Sequence record: NC_016571.1
Direction: 5' to 3' (one strand)
DNA length: 64,000 nucleotides
A model generated the notes under the pieces. That model was not told where the DNA came from. It saw nothing but the letters and a program-made list of their open reading frames with translations, and ran no database searches. Made by a program: the position numbers and the translations under genes. Position 1 is the first letter of the stretch; each line of letters begins with the position of its first letter. This document shows positions 49,673 to 59,002 of this stretch, piece by piece.

Positions 49673-50617
49673 ATGACCACAACAGATCCAAAAACAAAAT
49701 TAAATAAATTCGAAGAAACTAATCTTCTCGAAGCGCTTCATAATAACTCCCGTCGTACAACATCTATTCTACACACTGGTAACGCCTGCTTCTTACAGTG
49801 CTGGTATCCTAACTTTGATTTGGGAATTCCTAGTATGAAAGGACCAGTGTGTCAGATCGTGTATAACGGCGGAAAGCGTTCACCATTTATGGATATGACT
49901 GATGCCGGTAAACTACTGGCATTGGCAAAACAAGTTCGCTCTCATGACTGGAAGATGTTCCCTGGTTATGAAGGTACTCATGAACTTAAAACAACCCGCG
50001 TTAAACTAACCTGGAATAAACTCTGGTTCGTCGATGCTCGTTGTCCTCGTTTCCAGACAGGTGATTTTATCCCTACGGATAAATTCCTGGTGAACTTGAT
50101 TGGTTCACTCATCATGTTTATTGCAGGTGGGAAGGGGGTTGATGAATATCCGGTTTCCGCAGTTGGTACCTATGCCGATATGACTCATAAAGATGAGTTG
50201 TTTGCGGTAACTGATTTCGGATACTCTTCCGTCAACTCAAAACCTTCCTGGTTGAAATACACCGCTACAAAATCTACTAAGTCTGGGTCATTAGTAATGA
50301 CTTATGGAGAAGTCCAATTCCATATTAAGAATACCTTTACCCGTGGGGTTGATTGGGAATTCTTTATTGGACAGATCGCCAAGGCGGTGATTGATGTAGC
50401 TTGTGGTGATCATCAGTACGTTGAGGTCTTCCTCGGTCATCCTGTACTTGATAAGTACAATACCTATGTTCGTAAGTATGTTGAGGGGGATCGTACCTTT
50501 ATGGTTATCAACTCCGACATTCATGCTTACAACAATAAAGTTATGTTCATGCTGGGAGAAAAGAATACTCAGCATTTGAAAGATTTCTTTACCACGATTA
50601 TCAACTACCACAAATAA
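49673..50617 (+). CDS. hypothetical early protein
   Basis: 314 aa, RBS GAGGA. Confidence 0.75.
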   Translation: MTTTDPKTKLNKFEETNLLEALHNNSRRTTSILHTGNACFLQCWYPNFDLGIPSMKGPVCQIVYNGGKRSPFMDMTDAGKLLALAKQVRSHDWKMFPGYEGTHELKTTRVKLTWNKLWFVDARCPRFQTGDFIPTDKFLVNLIGSLIMFIAGGKGVDEYPVSAVGTYADMTHKDELFAVTDFGYSSVNSKPSWLKYTATKSTKSGSLVMTYGEVQFHIKNTFTRGVDWEFFIGQIAKAVIDVACGDHQYVEVFLGHPVLDKYNTYVRKYVEGDRTFMVINSDIHAYNNKVMFMLGEKNTQHLKDFFTTIINYHK

Positions 50618-50696
50618 GAATAAAAAGGTTTACCCCGGGATGACCGGGGAGCCTTTGACAAGTGTCATAAACCAACCAATAAGCGAGGAGCTTATA

Positions 50697-51545
50697 ATGA
50701 AAGAAGCAAATGTAATCCCAACCCCAAATAAAGGCTACGTTAAGAACATCGGTACTTTCACATTGCCCGTTCCGTCCTACTGCATGGTGCTCTCGAAGTT
50801 TCAATTGTCATACGCTTTGGTGTATGACGAGAATATCCAGTTTGTACAGGACCACAATGTTTCTCCTGCTCTCACCAAAGACGACGCTAGAGCAATCCTT
50901 ATGGGCATCGCTGATGTAGAACGTCTTGAGAAAGAGAAACGTTATGACATCTTCAAGAAGAAGATTGTCAAAATAAGTGGCGGACGTGAATTCACCATAG
51001 CGGGTTTAGGGTATCGTTTAGGTAATGTTCATATCCATGGTCGTGAAGAGATGGCTCGTTTAAAAGATTTACTCACTGCTTTTGTTTGGGGTAAGTCGAG
51101 AAATGAAATGGGCCCATTCACTATAGACCTTGGTGAAATAAGAACACACGGAGAGATTGAACGTTTTGGTAATGTCTCCAAATACGTAACCTGGAGCATC
51201 CGTATTAATGATGGGCTTTGTGTTGAAGATCGTGGTCGCCTAGATATCGTGGGACCATACGACGGAATCCGTTATCACTTCGGAACCGAAGAAATCTTAT
51301 CAGAGATCATCAAAGGCGTTAAGACGCTACTTAATTCAGATGCAACCGAATACCGGTTCACTGAAGAAAAAGCTGTTAGCGTTGGACTGAGGCTCTTTAA
51401 AACCACCATCCATGATGGTTCTATTGCCGTGGGTATTTCAACAGATATTCTCTTGCCGAATCAAAGAACGTTTATGTTCTTAGGTAAAGAGAGTGGTGAG
51501 AAGTTCCTGAAGTTCCTTCGCAAAGGTAAGAAGTTATTTAAGTAA
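50697..51545 (+). CDS. hypothetical early protein
   Basis: ATG50697 after GAGGAG. Confidence 0.75.
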   Translation: MKEANVIPTPNKGYVKNIGTFTLPVPSYCMVLSKFQLSYALVYDENIQFVQDHNVSPALTKDDARAILMGIADVERLEKEKRYDIFKKKIVKISGGREFTIAGLGYRLGNVHIHGREEMARLKDLLTAFVWGKSRNEMGPFTIDLGEIRTHGEIERFGNVSKYVTWSIRINDGLCVEDRGRLDIVGPYDGIRYHFGTEEILSEIIKGVKTLLNSDATEYRFTEEKAVSVGLRLFKTTIHDGSIAVGISTDILLPNQRTFMFLGKESGEKFLKFLRKGKKLFK

Positions 51546-51636
51546 ATAGTAATTAAGGGGAGTGATCCGATCAAAAGCATCACTCTCCTGGACAGAGTTC
51601 CACAAACCCATAGTCAAACCTAAAGAGGACTAAACC

Positions 51637-52641
51637 ATGTTAAAAGCACGTCACTGTTATGCAACTGAAACTGCTTTCCACAACGCACTGTTCCGTGAAA
51701 AAGCAACTGCTCATGTCTTTGCGCTGAATCCGGCAGGAAGGGTGCAAGTCAAATTCCTTATCGGTAATGAAGAAACGGCCGTAACTGGTCGTGAGAATGT
51801 CTTCTTCATTATCGACAGCGCTGACCGCAACCGGATGTTTAATCTCCGTGATGCCAAAAATATACTCGATCTCATTGCGATCATCCGCGATAAGCGAGTC
51901 TCCACTTATCAGGGCGCAGGGTTAGTTTACGATACCTCGGTCGGTGGTAAGTACATTCGTCGATATCTTCGTACTTCTCATCAACAAGCTCATGAATCCA
52001 TCATCAGTAATGATGGGATGGTTCCTCTTGATCTCAAGAATGATCCTAAGTTTGCTGAGAAGCATTGGGAAGAAAGCCTGAATCGGTTTGAAGAAATCAT
52101 CCGAGAATTCATCAATGTTTGTGATGGGAAAAAGGTATCCATTAATAAATGGTTCCGTCAACGTCGTTATATGATGCTCCCTCTTCATAATGCGTTCAAT
52201 GGTCCATTCAAAGTTCATAGTCTGCGATTGAATTGGACTCAGGACATGAGAGTGAACAATATCGCATTCCAAGTCGGTGAGAAGACTGTATTATTCTACG
52301 CACTTCATAAAGAAAATACCTCTTCCCTTACCGATGTTACCGAGGGGTTCATTGACGCCATTTATCGTATTCTTGATGAATATAAAGTATTCGTAGATGA
52401 CGACGACATGTTCGTCAGTTCAACTCCAGTTATTCTGTCAGATGACAGAAAACACTTTATGGAATATGTCGGTGGCCGTGGTGTTGGAGGCGATTCTTAC
52501 GAAGGTGGTTTCAGAACCATTATTCTTAATGTCAACTCTGATGCTTCACCAGCATGGTCCAAAATCCATTTCCATTATGAACCTAATTTTATTTGTGATT
52601 TGGTTGATGGGTTACGCTTCTGTACTGATTTCGAGATCTAA
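51637..52641 (+). CDS. hypothetical early protein
   Basis: 334 aa, RBS GAGGA. Confidence 0.75.
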   Translation: MLKARHCYATETAFHNALFREKATAHVFALNPAGRVQVKFLIGNEETAVTGRENVFFIIDSADRNRMFNLRDAKNILDLIAIIRDKRVSTYQGAGLVYDTSVGGKYIRRYLRTSHQQAHESIISNDGMVPLDLKNDPKFAEKHWEESLNRFEEIIREFINVCDGKKVSINKWFRQRRYMMLPLHNAFNGPFKVHSLRLNWTQDMRVNNIAFQVGEKTVLFYALHKENTSSLTDVTEGFIDAIYRILDEYKVFVDDDDMFVSSTPVILSDDRKHFMEYVGGRGVGGDSYEGGFRTIILNVNSDASPAWSKIHFHYEPNFICDLVDGLRFCTDFEI

Positions 52642-52642
52642 C

Positions 52643-52888
52643 ATGAAAAAGATTCTCATTGCATTACTGGCTTTCTCTTCTGTAGCCATGTCTGCCGAGC
52701 ATCCGGTCAATATAACTGATGGTGAGTCTAAGTATGTTGAGACAGATCGATTTATTGTCACTGATTTACCCGAGCCCCTGTACAAGGTGATTACTGATAC
52801 CAGGACCGGTTGTCAGTTTTTACTTACTTATAGAAATGGGATTAGTCAGATCCCATTGGGTTGTTTCGAGGAGTATAAAAAGAAATGA
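52643..52888 (+). CDS. small exported protein (81 aa)
   Basis: Signal peptide MKKILIALLAFSSVAMSA; ITDTRTGCQFL motif; start ATG52643. Confidence 0.75.
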   Translation: MKKILIALLAFSSVAMSAEHPVNITDGESKYVETDRFIVTDLPEPLYKVITDTRTGCQFLLTYRNGISQIPLGCFEEYKKK

Positions 52889-53277
52889 CTGTAGCTAAGA
52901 TAACTACTCTTGAAGAGTTAATCGATATCGCTGAACCTAAGTCGATCTGCTTGCTCCTGGAAGTTGAGCACGGGTTTACCTATGGTGATGCTGACCGTGA
53001 TTGTAAAAATGTTCAACGTATCGAGCACATGCTTAATCGCATTGAGAGCGTCGGCACAAAGGGCGACTTAGAGATAATGACATTCTTAGTCTCTCGTCGA
53101 CCGATCCCTGAGGGTCACGCACAGATCATCCCTGTGTACGTTTTCATCGATCCCAAAGATGATTGGTCTAAGACTAAGTCATCTGACCTGACCATTATCA
53201 AACGCATTGATAATAAGGTCGAAGTCGCAGGTATCTCAGAAGAGTTCGAAATACCACTCCGTACTTTACTCGATTAA
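52885..53277 (+). CDS. hypothetical protein, paralog of the N-terminal domain of 53330
   Basis: LEELIDIAEPKSICLL, FIDPKD and IDNKV shared with next gene. Confidence 0.7.
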   Translation: MTVAKITTLEELIDIAEPKSICLLLEVEHGFTYGDADRDCKNVQRIEHMLNRIESVGTKGDLEIMTFLVSRRPIPEGHAQIIPVYVFIDPKDDWSKTKSSDLTIIKRIDNKVEVAGISEEFEIPLRTLLD

Positions 53278-53329
53278 TCCATAACCTCCAGAGAGTAGCG
53301 CGAAGCTACTCTCTGGTAAAGGAACTATT

Positions 53330-54064
53330 ATGTCTATTTTAAATTCAATTGTGAAATCAGCTGTTGATAAAAAGTGTGCTCCTTCTGATGAAGCCATTGC
53401 TAAAGTTAAAGCATGGGCTCACCAACACGGTCCTTTGTATTTAGAAGATTTCCTGGTGGCTGCTGAACCACGCGATTGCATTATCCTCACAATCATCAAT
53501 AAAGAAGCGGATGTCGATACCAAAGAGAAGATTGAAAAGATCTCCTCTAAGTTGAAACACTTCATTGACACGGTTAGTGAATCAGGACAGTTCCCAGAAA
53601 AAGTCAAGGTGGGGTATGCGCTGCGCATCTTTGATCCCAAAGGTCCAACTGTTGATTATAAAGTAGTCGATGTTGAAGACAACAAAATCTCCTTTAAACA
53701 AACGGATGGTTCTTTAATTCTTAGTGATCTGGTTATCGTTATAGACGACCGGGACCGTTTAAGCATTATGCGTTCTAAACTTCATCCTTCCGGTATTCGG
53801 ATGGCATGGGGTAAATCGCTGACCCATAAACTTATTACTAAACTCACCGAGGCTGGGTTGAAAGGGGATCATACAACTTTGATTCCTTTCTCCGAGAAAA
53901 CAAGAATACCAACTCATCGTTTATTGGACATCATGATGGGTTATGTGATTAGTCCAGAAGTTGATGAGATCAAAGCAATCGCAGATGCTCTGGATATTCC
54001 TTTCTTGGAATTAATCGGCGACGATCTTAAAGATATCGATCTCTCACCTCAAGTGGGTAAGTGA
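53330..54064 (+). CDS. putative transcription regulator with C-terminal XRE/Cro-C1 HTH
   Basis: FSEKTRIPTHRLLDIMMG...PEVDEIKAIADALDIPFLELIG. Confidence 0.7.
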   Translation: MSILNSIVKSAVDKKCAPSDEAIAKVKAWAHQHGPLYLEDFLVAAEPRDCIILTIINKEADVDTKEKIEKISSKLKHFIDTVSESGQFPEKVKVGYALRIFDPKGPTVDYKVVDVEDNKISFKQTDGSLILSDLVIVIDDRDRLSIMRSKLHPSGIRMAWGKSLTHKLITKLTEAGLKGDHTTLIPFSEKTRIPTHRLLDIMMGYVISPEVDEIKAIADALDIPFLELIGDDLKDIDLSPQVGK

Positions 54065-54065
54065 A

Positions 54066-54419
54066 ATGATCAAATATCAATTTATAGTTAATAAGGATAA
54101 CACAGTAACTATTGATAATCTTCTCGATTCCATGAATCCTAAAGCCATTGGAATAGTGACACTTGCTGGAGAAACAGAAGTAGTCAAATCCCTTAAGGAA
54201 AGACTCATTGCTTTTAATCCAAGCATGAAAATTGTTATGGGTGTTGCGACACGTGATGAGTCTCACATGGTAAAGGTATTCCATGGAACAAAGGTACCAG
54301 GAATGTCCAGGGAAGATATAGTCGGATCTGATATTGTTTTCTACGTGAATGAGTTAGATCAGATAAGAGCATTCCGTTCACCTCCCCAATTACCAACAGG
54401 TGTTAGATTCACTTTATAA
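54066..54419 (+). CDS. hypothetical protein
   Basis: 117 aa. Confidence 0.65.
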   Translation: MIKYQFIVNKDNTVTIDNLLDSMNPKAIGIVTLAGETEVVKSLKERLIAFNPSMKIVMGVATRDESHMVKVFHGTKVPGMSREDIVGSDIVFYVNELDQIRAFRSPPQLPTGVRFTL

Positions 54420-54447
54420 TTTTCTACCGGCTATATTAGTTCAAGTA

Positions 54448-54462
54448 GATATTATTAACGTG
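54448..54462 (+). promoter_or_regulatory. putative phage early promoter
   Basis: GATATTAT-TAACG-TG. Confidence 0.65.
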
Positions 54463-54525
54463 CAATCAATGCGAAGAAGACGAACACGTACTTCTTTTCA
54501 ACCATTTAGTATAGAGGATATTAAT

Positions 54526-55458
54526 ATGTTTCCAACTCCGGAAAAATCACAAGCAAAGCGTCTTGAGCTGATGTATCACATTGAAGATCAAATCAAGAAA
54601 CGTCGTGAACTGAAAGCCAAAGTCGCCAGTGGTGAAATCACTGAGGAAGAATGGCAAGCTTCCATGGACAAGATTCGTGCGGAAATCAACTGTCCTATTC
54701 GCAACAACATCAACCAGAAATTTGGCTCAATGGGAACCGGATTGGATGGTCGTGGTGACCCCATCTTGACTTCTGAAGTTCGAGTTAAAACTGATACCTA
54801 TGGTCGCCCAATTACGTACACCACGCTTCCTGAAATCATTGATGGTGACATGCCGGATATCTGGATCTGTGTTGACGGTAACAAAGTCGATACCCAGATG
54901 GCTGAAAATAAAGCCCATCTATTCCGTGAGTTAATTCACCACGCGTATGCTGGTGAAGTTCAGGTACACTTCTCATCAGGACCAACGGCAATTTCAATGA
55001 TACTGAATGAACCCCTGGTTCTCGAAGCTCAACATAACGGCTTCTGTATTAAGAAATGTCCAAAGGCTCTGACCCACAACGGACTCTATCTCCATTATCC
55101 GCCTTCACCAGAAGAGAAGAAAGTTTCTATTCTGGATCTGGTTGTTGATGAAGATATTAATAAAGTCGCGATCTTTGCGATTACCTACCCTGACAGCACC
55201 CCAGAGGAACTGGAAGCTCAGTCTCACTGTGTTGCCAAAATGATGCAGGATATTCGTACCATCAATCGCAAGACTGAAGTGGCCATCGTTCCTATTGACA
55301 TTCCGGTTCGTCAGGCCGATGTTATTGTTGATGGTCTGATGATGGGTTACATGTTGACATCATGGGTGACCATCAATGTCGTGGGTGACACGGCTAGTGT
55401 AAGTAAAGCGCGTGGGCATTTCCCATCAGTAGTAGGGTATAAAGTAGTAGGTTTATAA
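54526..55458 (+). CDS. hypothetical protein
   Basis: ATG54526 after GAGGA, downstream of promoter motif. Confidence 0.75.
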   Translation: MFPTPEKSQAKRLELMYHIEDQIKKRRELKAKVASGEITEEEWQASMDKIRAEINCPIRNNINQKFGSMGTGLDGRGDPILTSEVRVKTDTYGRPITYTTLPEIIDGDMPDIWICVDGNKVDTQMAENKAHLFRELIHHAYAGEVQVHFSSGPTAISMILNEPLVLEAQHNGFCIKKCPKALTHNGLYLHYPPSPEEKKVSILDLVVDEDINKVAIFAITYPDSTPEELEAQSHCVAKMMQDIRTINRKTEVAIVPIDIPVRQADVIVDGLMMGYMLTSWVTINVVGDTASVSKARGHFPSVVGYKVVGL

Positions 55459-55518
55459 AAATACTACACCTCCAATTCAACGTTAATCAAACTCATTCGT
55501 AAAGTAAAGGAAAATAGC

Positions 55519-55977
55519 ATGACTAAGTTAAACAAAGGTTTCGGTAAGATCATGGACGCTCGTGTTGAAGATCTGGTTAAGAACGCCGAAGTCCACAAAG
55601 ACACCCACCACATCAGTTTCAAAGTTCCAACTGCGCTGAGTGAAAAGAAAGACATCTCCTTCGGTTCCGAAGTTGAAGTTCTGACTCACGCGGTTGATCT
55701 GATCAACGGTTACGGCTTAGCTGTAGAAGCTGCAACTACCCAGATCGCTCACGAACAGTTCCCTGAAACCAAACAGGAAACGTGGGATGGTCGTCTGGGT
55801 CTGTTTGATGGCCTGACTATGAATTCCGACATCCGTCTTCGTGAAGTCGTTGGTGAAGACACTCTGTTCGGTACAACACAGACCTTCATCGATCACCCTC
55901 ACTCTCAGGATATGGTTAACTGGTATTCCAACTTCCAGGAAGTCAATGCCGATCGTGCTAAGAAGCTGTTCGACTAA
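55519..55977 (+). CDS. hypothetical protein, highly codon-biased
   Basis: 152 aa, RBS AAGGA, own terminator. Confidence 0.8.
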   Translation: MTKLNKGFGKIMDARVEDLVKNAEVHKDTHHISFKVPTALSEKKDISFGSEVEVLTHAVDLINGYGLAVEAATTQIAHEQFPETKQETWDGRLGLFDGLTMNSDIRLREVVGEDTLFGTTQTFIDHPHSQDMVNWYSNFQEVNADRAKKLFD

Positions 55978-55997
55978 TATCTGACCCGATGATGGTT

Positions 55998-56050
55998 CCT
56001 CCTCTGGTTTACACCAGGGGAGGTTCATATTTAATTTCATTATTTTTAGT
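55998..56050 (+). terminator. stem-loop plus T-rich tract
   Basis: CCTCCTCTGG...CCAGGGGAGG, then TTATTTTT. Confidence 0.55.
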
Positions 56051-56059
56051 CGGGTGGAT

Positions 56060-56611
56060 ATGGAATACAAGAAGACAAATAGAGTAATGTTGGGAGATGA
56101 TAACACTGTCGATGCGATAACCACATCAAGTGAAATCATTAATGACTCTATTGAAGAAGATAAACCTATCTATAAAGGTGATTGCGAAATAAGGTTTTAT
56201 CTGGGAGGCCGACCGGTCATACTTCATAATGACACCACTACCAGCGATAACATAACTTCGTTGAATGAGTATATCAACAAGCTTAATCGCATTATGGAAA
56301 TGTCATTAGAAGTTTGTGCTGAGATGGACTATAACCCTGATGAGACTTTCTTAGTAAGGGAATTCTTAAATCCGTTTGTTCCTACGGATAGGCTATTCGG
56401 TGGCACGTTGCTAATACTGTATGGTGCTCGGTATAAACAAGTTACCTTTGATATTGCTGACTGTAGTAACAAACTCCGTCGTACATTTAAACCTGATCAA
56501 TTCAGAGTGTTCACCCAAAAGCTTTGCGAAGCAATTCGTAATGCTATCGGTGAATGTTGGGATATAAAGGATCTCATTAATGAATCTAAACAAAGTCAAA
56601 CGCGAGTATAA
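56060..56611 (+). CDS. hypothetical protein, EFLN paralog family
   Basis: FYLGGRPVILH, REFLN, FDIADCSNKLR. Confidence 0.75.
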   Translation: MEYKKTNRVMLGDDNTVDAITTSSEIINDSIEEDKPIYKGDCEIRFYLGGRPVILHNDTTTSDNITSLNEYINKLNRIMEMSLEVCAEMDYNPDETFLVREFLNPFVPTDRLFGGTLLILYGARYKQVTFDIADCSNKLRRTFKPDQFRVFTQKLCEAIRNAIGECWDIKDLINESKQSQTRV

Positions 56612-57149
56612 GAAAGCCCGCCGAACAATGTACGGTCAGGCTCCTGATATGCGCGGTGTTACTTCTCTGGCTCAAGTCACTAAGCGTTCTGAAGGGCCAG
56701 TGGTTTTAATAACTAAGGAGCTTCACGGTCAAATCACTTTTTACCTGGGTGGTCGTCCTGTTACCATCCATGGGAAGACGGCTGTTAATAAAGCGGGGCG
56801 TAAGGATAAGGAACCTGAGATCTATCGTGCTAAGATAGAGCTGTTACGTAAGGTTATCTTTGAAGCCTTCGTTCATCTGAAATCTAAAGATGAAGCGCAG
56901 TTCATGTCTCGTGAATTCCTTAATCATGAAGACGATGATAATGACTATGGTTCGTCTATTATGATTCGTGTTCCTGAGTTCCAGAACAAACACGAGTTCT
57001 GTACATTTGAAATTGCGTCTTGTCATTTCAAAATCAGAATGAATCCAAATCGTCAAGAGTTAATCAGACACTTGAAATTCATGATTAAAACTATTGACCT
57101 ACATATGTTCGATTACGAACAAGCTTATCAGGTATGGAAGGGACAATGA
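56580..57149 (+). CDS. hypothetical protein, EFLN paralog family
   Basis: FYLGGRPVTIH, REFLN, FEIASCHFKIR. Confidence 0.75.
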   Translation: MNLNKVKREYKKARRTMYGQAPDMRGVTSLAQVTKRSEGPVVLITKELHGQITFYLGGRPVTIHGKTAVNKAGRKDKEPEIYRAKIELLRKVIFEAFVHLKSKDEAQFMSREFLNHEDDDNDYGSSIMIRVPEFQNKHEFCTFEIASCHFKIRMNPNRQELIRHLKFMIKTIDLHMFDYEQAYQVWKGQ

Positions 57150-57535
57150 CACAACAACTTTCGGTATCAGAGGAGTTCAATAAGAAAGCTTCCTTGTTAT
57201 TGGTCAGGGCGATTGAGTCTGAATGCGATACTTCTTTATCGGTATCCATAACCAGGGCGCACAGACTTCATAAGGATATCCTTCGCGAATTCCGTAACAT
57301 CGAGAGAGCGTTGTTTAGCACCGATATGTCTCGTAAACCTGTGGGACTTATTCTTCACACATCACTGGTTAAACGGGACACCGGTTGGACGCTTTCTATT
57401 TCTACACGTAAAGCACCAGGGTCTAACGTGGTCACTATCACCGACCAAACTAAAACCCTTTTGCGTAAATGGCTGAAGTCTGGCTTTAAACCTACAACGA
57501 TGGCTTCTTGGAGATCCACTTATCATGGTCTTTGA
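57146..57535 (+). CDS. hypothetical protein
   Basis: ATGA overlap, RBS AAGGGA. Confidence 0.65.
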   Translation: MTQQLSVSEEFNKKASLLLVRAIESECDTSLSVSITRAHRLHKDILREFRNIERALFSTDMSRKPVGLILHTSLVKRDTGWTLSISTRKAPGSNVVTITDQTKTLLRKWLKSGFKPTTMASWRSTYHGL

Positions 57536-57917
57536 AGATTACATTAAGTTTGCTAAGTTCCGCATTCATACGCTGAACGACATTAAAAGCAAACGTACTC
57601 CTAAGGCGATACTACACGACATCGATAAAGAGATGACGCGTATTTGTAACAGTATCAAGAAAGGCTATACCTTAGGTTCTATTAGACAGGATGTCATGAA
57701 TGGGCTGTACAGACCGTATCGTTATTTCGATATCACATGGACAGCTATTAATAATGATCGTGACCTGAGTGTTGTTATCACTCGCGGTACATCATCAATC
57801 ACCATCACTGAAGAGAACTGGAGTAAGTTCTGCATGTGGTGTAACCATTGGAACGTTGAGCGCCCTGCAACAATGGAAGCATGTGATGATGTTAACTATT
57901 ATAATCGGTGGTGGTAA
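57525..57917 (+). CDS. hypothetical protein
   Basis: 130 aa. Confidence 0.65.
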   Translation: MVFEDYIKFAKFRIHTLNDIKSKRTPKAILHDIDKEMTRICNSIKKGYTLGSIRQDVMNGLYRPYRYFDITWTAINNDRDLSVVITRGTSSITITEENWSKFCMWCNHWNVERPATMEACDDVNYYNRWW

Positions 57918-58325
57918 ATGGAAGATGGTTCCCTGAAACACCGCCGCATTGATACGTTACGAACAACGTGGAACTATCTTCGTCGTCGTATCGTTGATGC
58001 ACACCCAGCTCGTCGTCCTAAGGTAGAGGTGTATACTTCTGTTGATGCAGAGTTTAGACGTCTGGTTCGCGCCATTTATACGCGTAAGTTAAGTGTTCAA
58101 AGTTACAAGATTATCCAGTTCGGTAACATCAGCTTTGATCACGAATATATCGACTTACGCTCTCGTGACTCTCATCTCGTTCGTTTGTCTTTTAAAGATA
58201 TCGATTCCTTTAGTGACTGGGCATTTGCTGAGTGGCCTGATAAAGAAGTCCAAATGAAAAAGATGATTCGTATCGGTAATCAGACTTATGAAACCTATGA
58301 GACTGAAAAGCCTGGAGATCTTTAA
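57918..58325 (+). CDS. hypothetical protein
   Basis: 135 aa. Confidence 0.65.
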   Translation: MEDGSLKHRRIDTLRTTWNYLRRRIVDAHPARRPKVEVYTSVDAEFRRLVRAIYTRKLSVQSYKIIQFGNISFDHEYIDLRSRDSHLVRLSFKDIDSFSDWAFAEWPDKEVQMKKMIRIGNQTYETYETEKPGDL

Positions 58326-58927
58326 TGACCTGGGTGAAACGCACATATAAGCGTGACTGGTTACAACGTTCTCCTTATTTGAATACGGTATCTTTCCGAC
58401 ATGAGTTATCTAATCAGACTCGTTGGGAAATTAAACCAGAATCCATTGATAAGAATGAACGTAAGTTAACATGGGCTGATGATTATTATCCAGTGGAGGA
58501 GATGATCGCAACATTTGAGCTGGTCTTCTCCATTGGGTCTGAAATCATTAAACTTCATGCTAACGATTTCATCGGTCCTTCTGATGCTTTGAAGGACTAC
58601 GTTAGAAAAATAACTTTAATCAAGGAAGTCATAGGACACTTTATAAGGGACTACAAGAGCTTCCATGACAAAGATGCACCATTTATCATCAAGGAGTTCC
58701 TAAACTCGTCTGAGGGCCCTTCAGCGATCTATACGAGTACTATAGCCATCTCCTGCTCATCCACCCATTCTTTCTTCTTTGAGATTGGGAGCTGTGACGA
58801 TAAGGCAAGACTCTATATAGAAAAAGAAAAGGATTTTCTTGAGATGCTGATCAAACTACAAAAGTTTCTCAGCGGAGCGATAACTGATGCACAAGCAGCT
58901 CTCGATACGTATAAGGGTCGATTGTAA
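58325..58927 (+). CDS. hypothetical protein, EFLN paralog family
   Basis: FSIGSEIIKLH, KEFLN, FEIGSCDDKAR. Confidence 0.75.
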   Translation: MTWVKRTYKRDWLQRSPYLNTVSFRHELSNQTRWEIKPESIDKNERKLTWADDYYPVEEMIATFELVFSIGSEIIKLHANDFIGPSDALKDYVRKITLIKEVIGHFIRDYKSFHDKDAPFIIKEFLNSSEGPSAIYTSTIAISCSSTHSFFFEIGSCDDKARLYIEKEKDFLEMLIKLQKFLSGAITDAQAALDTYKGRL

Positions 58928-58943
58928 TTCAGTTGGATAAATG

Positions 58944-58976
58944 TTTGGGTATACATTATCTCTGTGTATACCCAAA
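58944..58976 (+). promoter_or_regulatory. promoter motif nested in a 12-bp perfect inverted repeat
   Basis: TTTGGGTATACA-TTATCTCTG-TGTATACCCAAA, containing TACATTAT-CTCTG-TG. Confidence 0.65.
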
Positions 58977-59002
58977 CTAATTTAACTATTAAGGAATTTA
59001 CC

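Noticed and set aside
54400-54525. Upstream extension of the 54400 ORF
   Set aside because: Contains the promoter motif at 54448; ATG54526 has a GAGGA RBS
54066-55458. Possible similarity between 54066 and the C-terminus of 54526
   Set aside because: Only a generic beta-alpha-beta pattern; too weak to assert by eye
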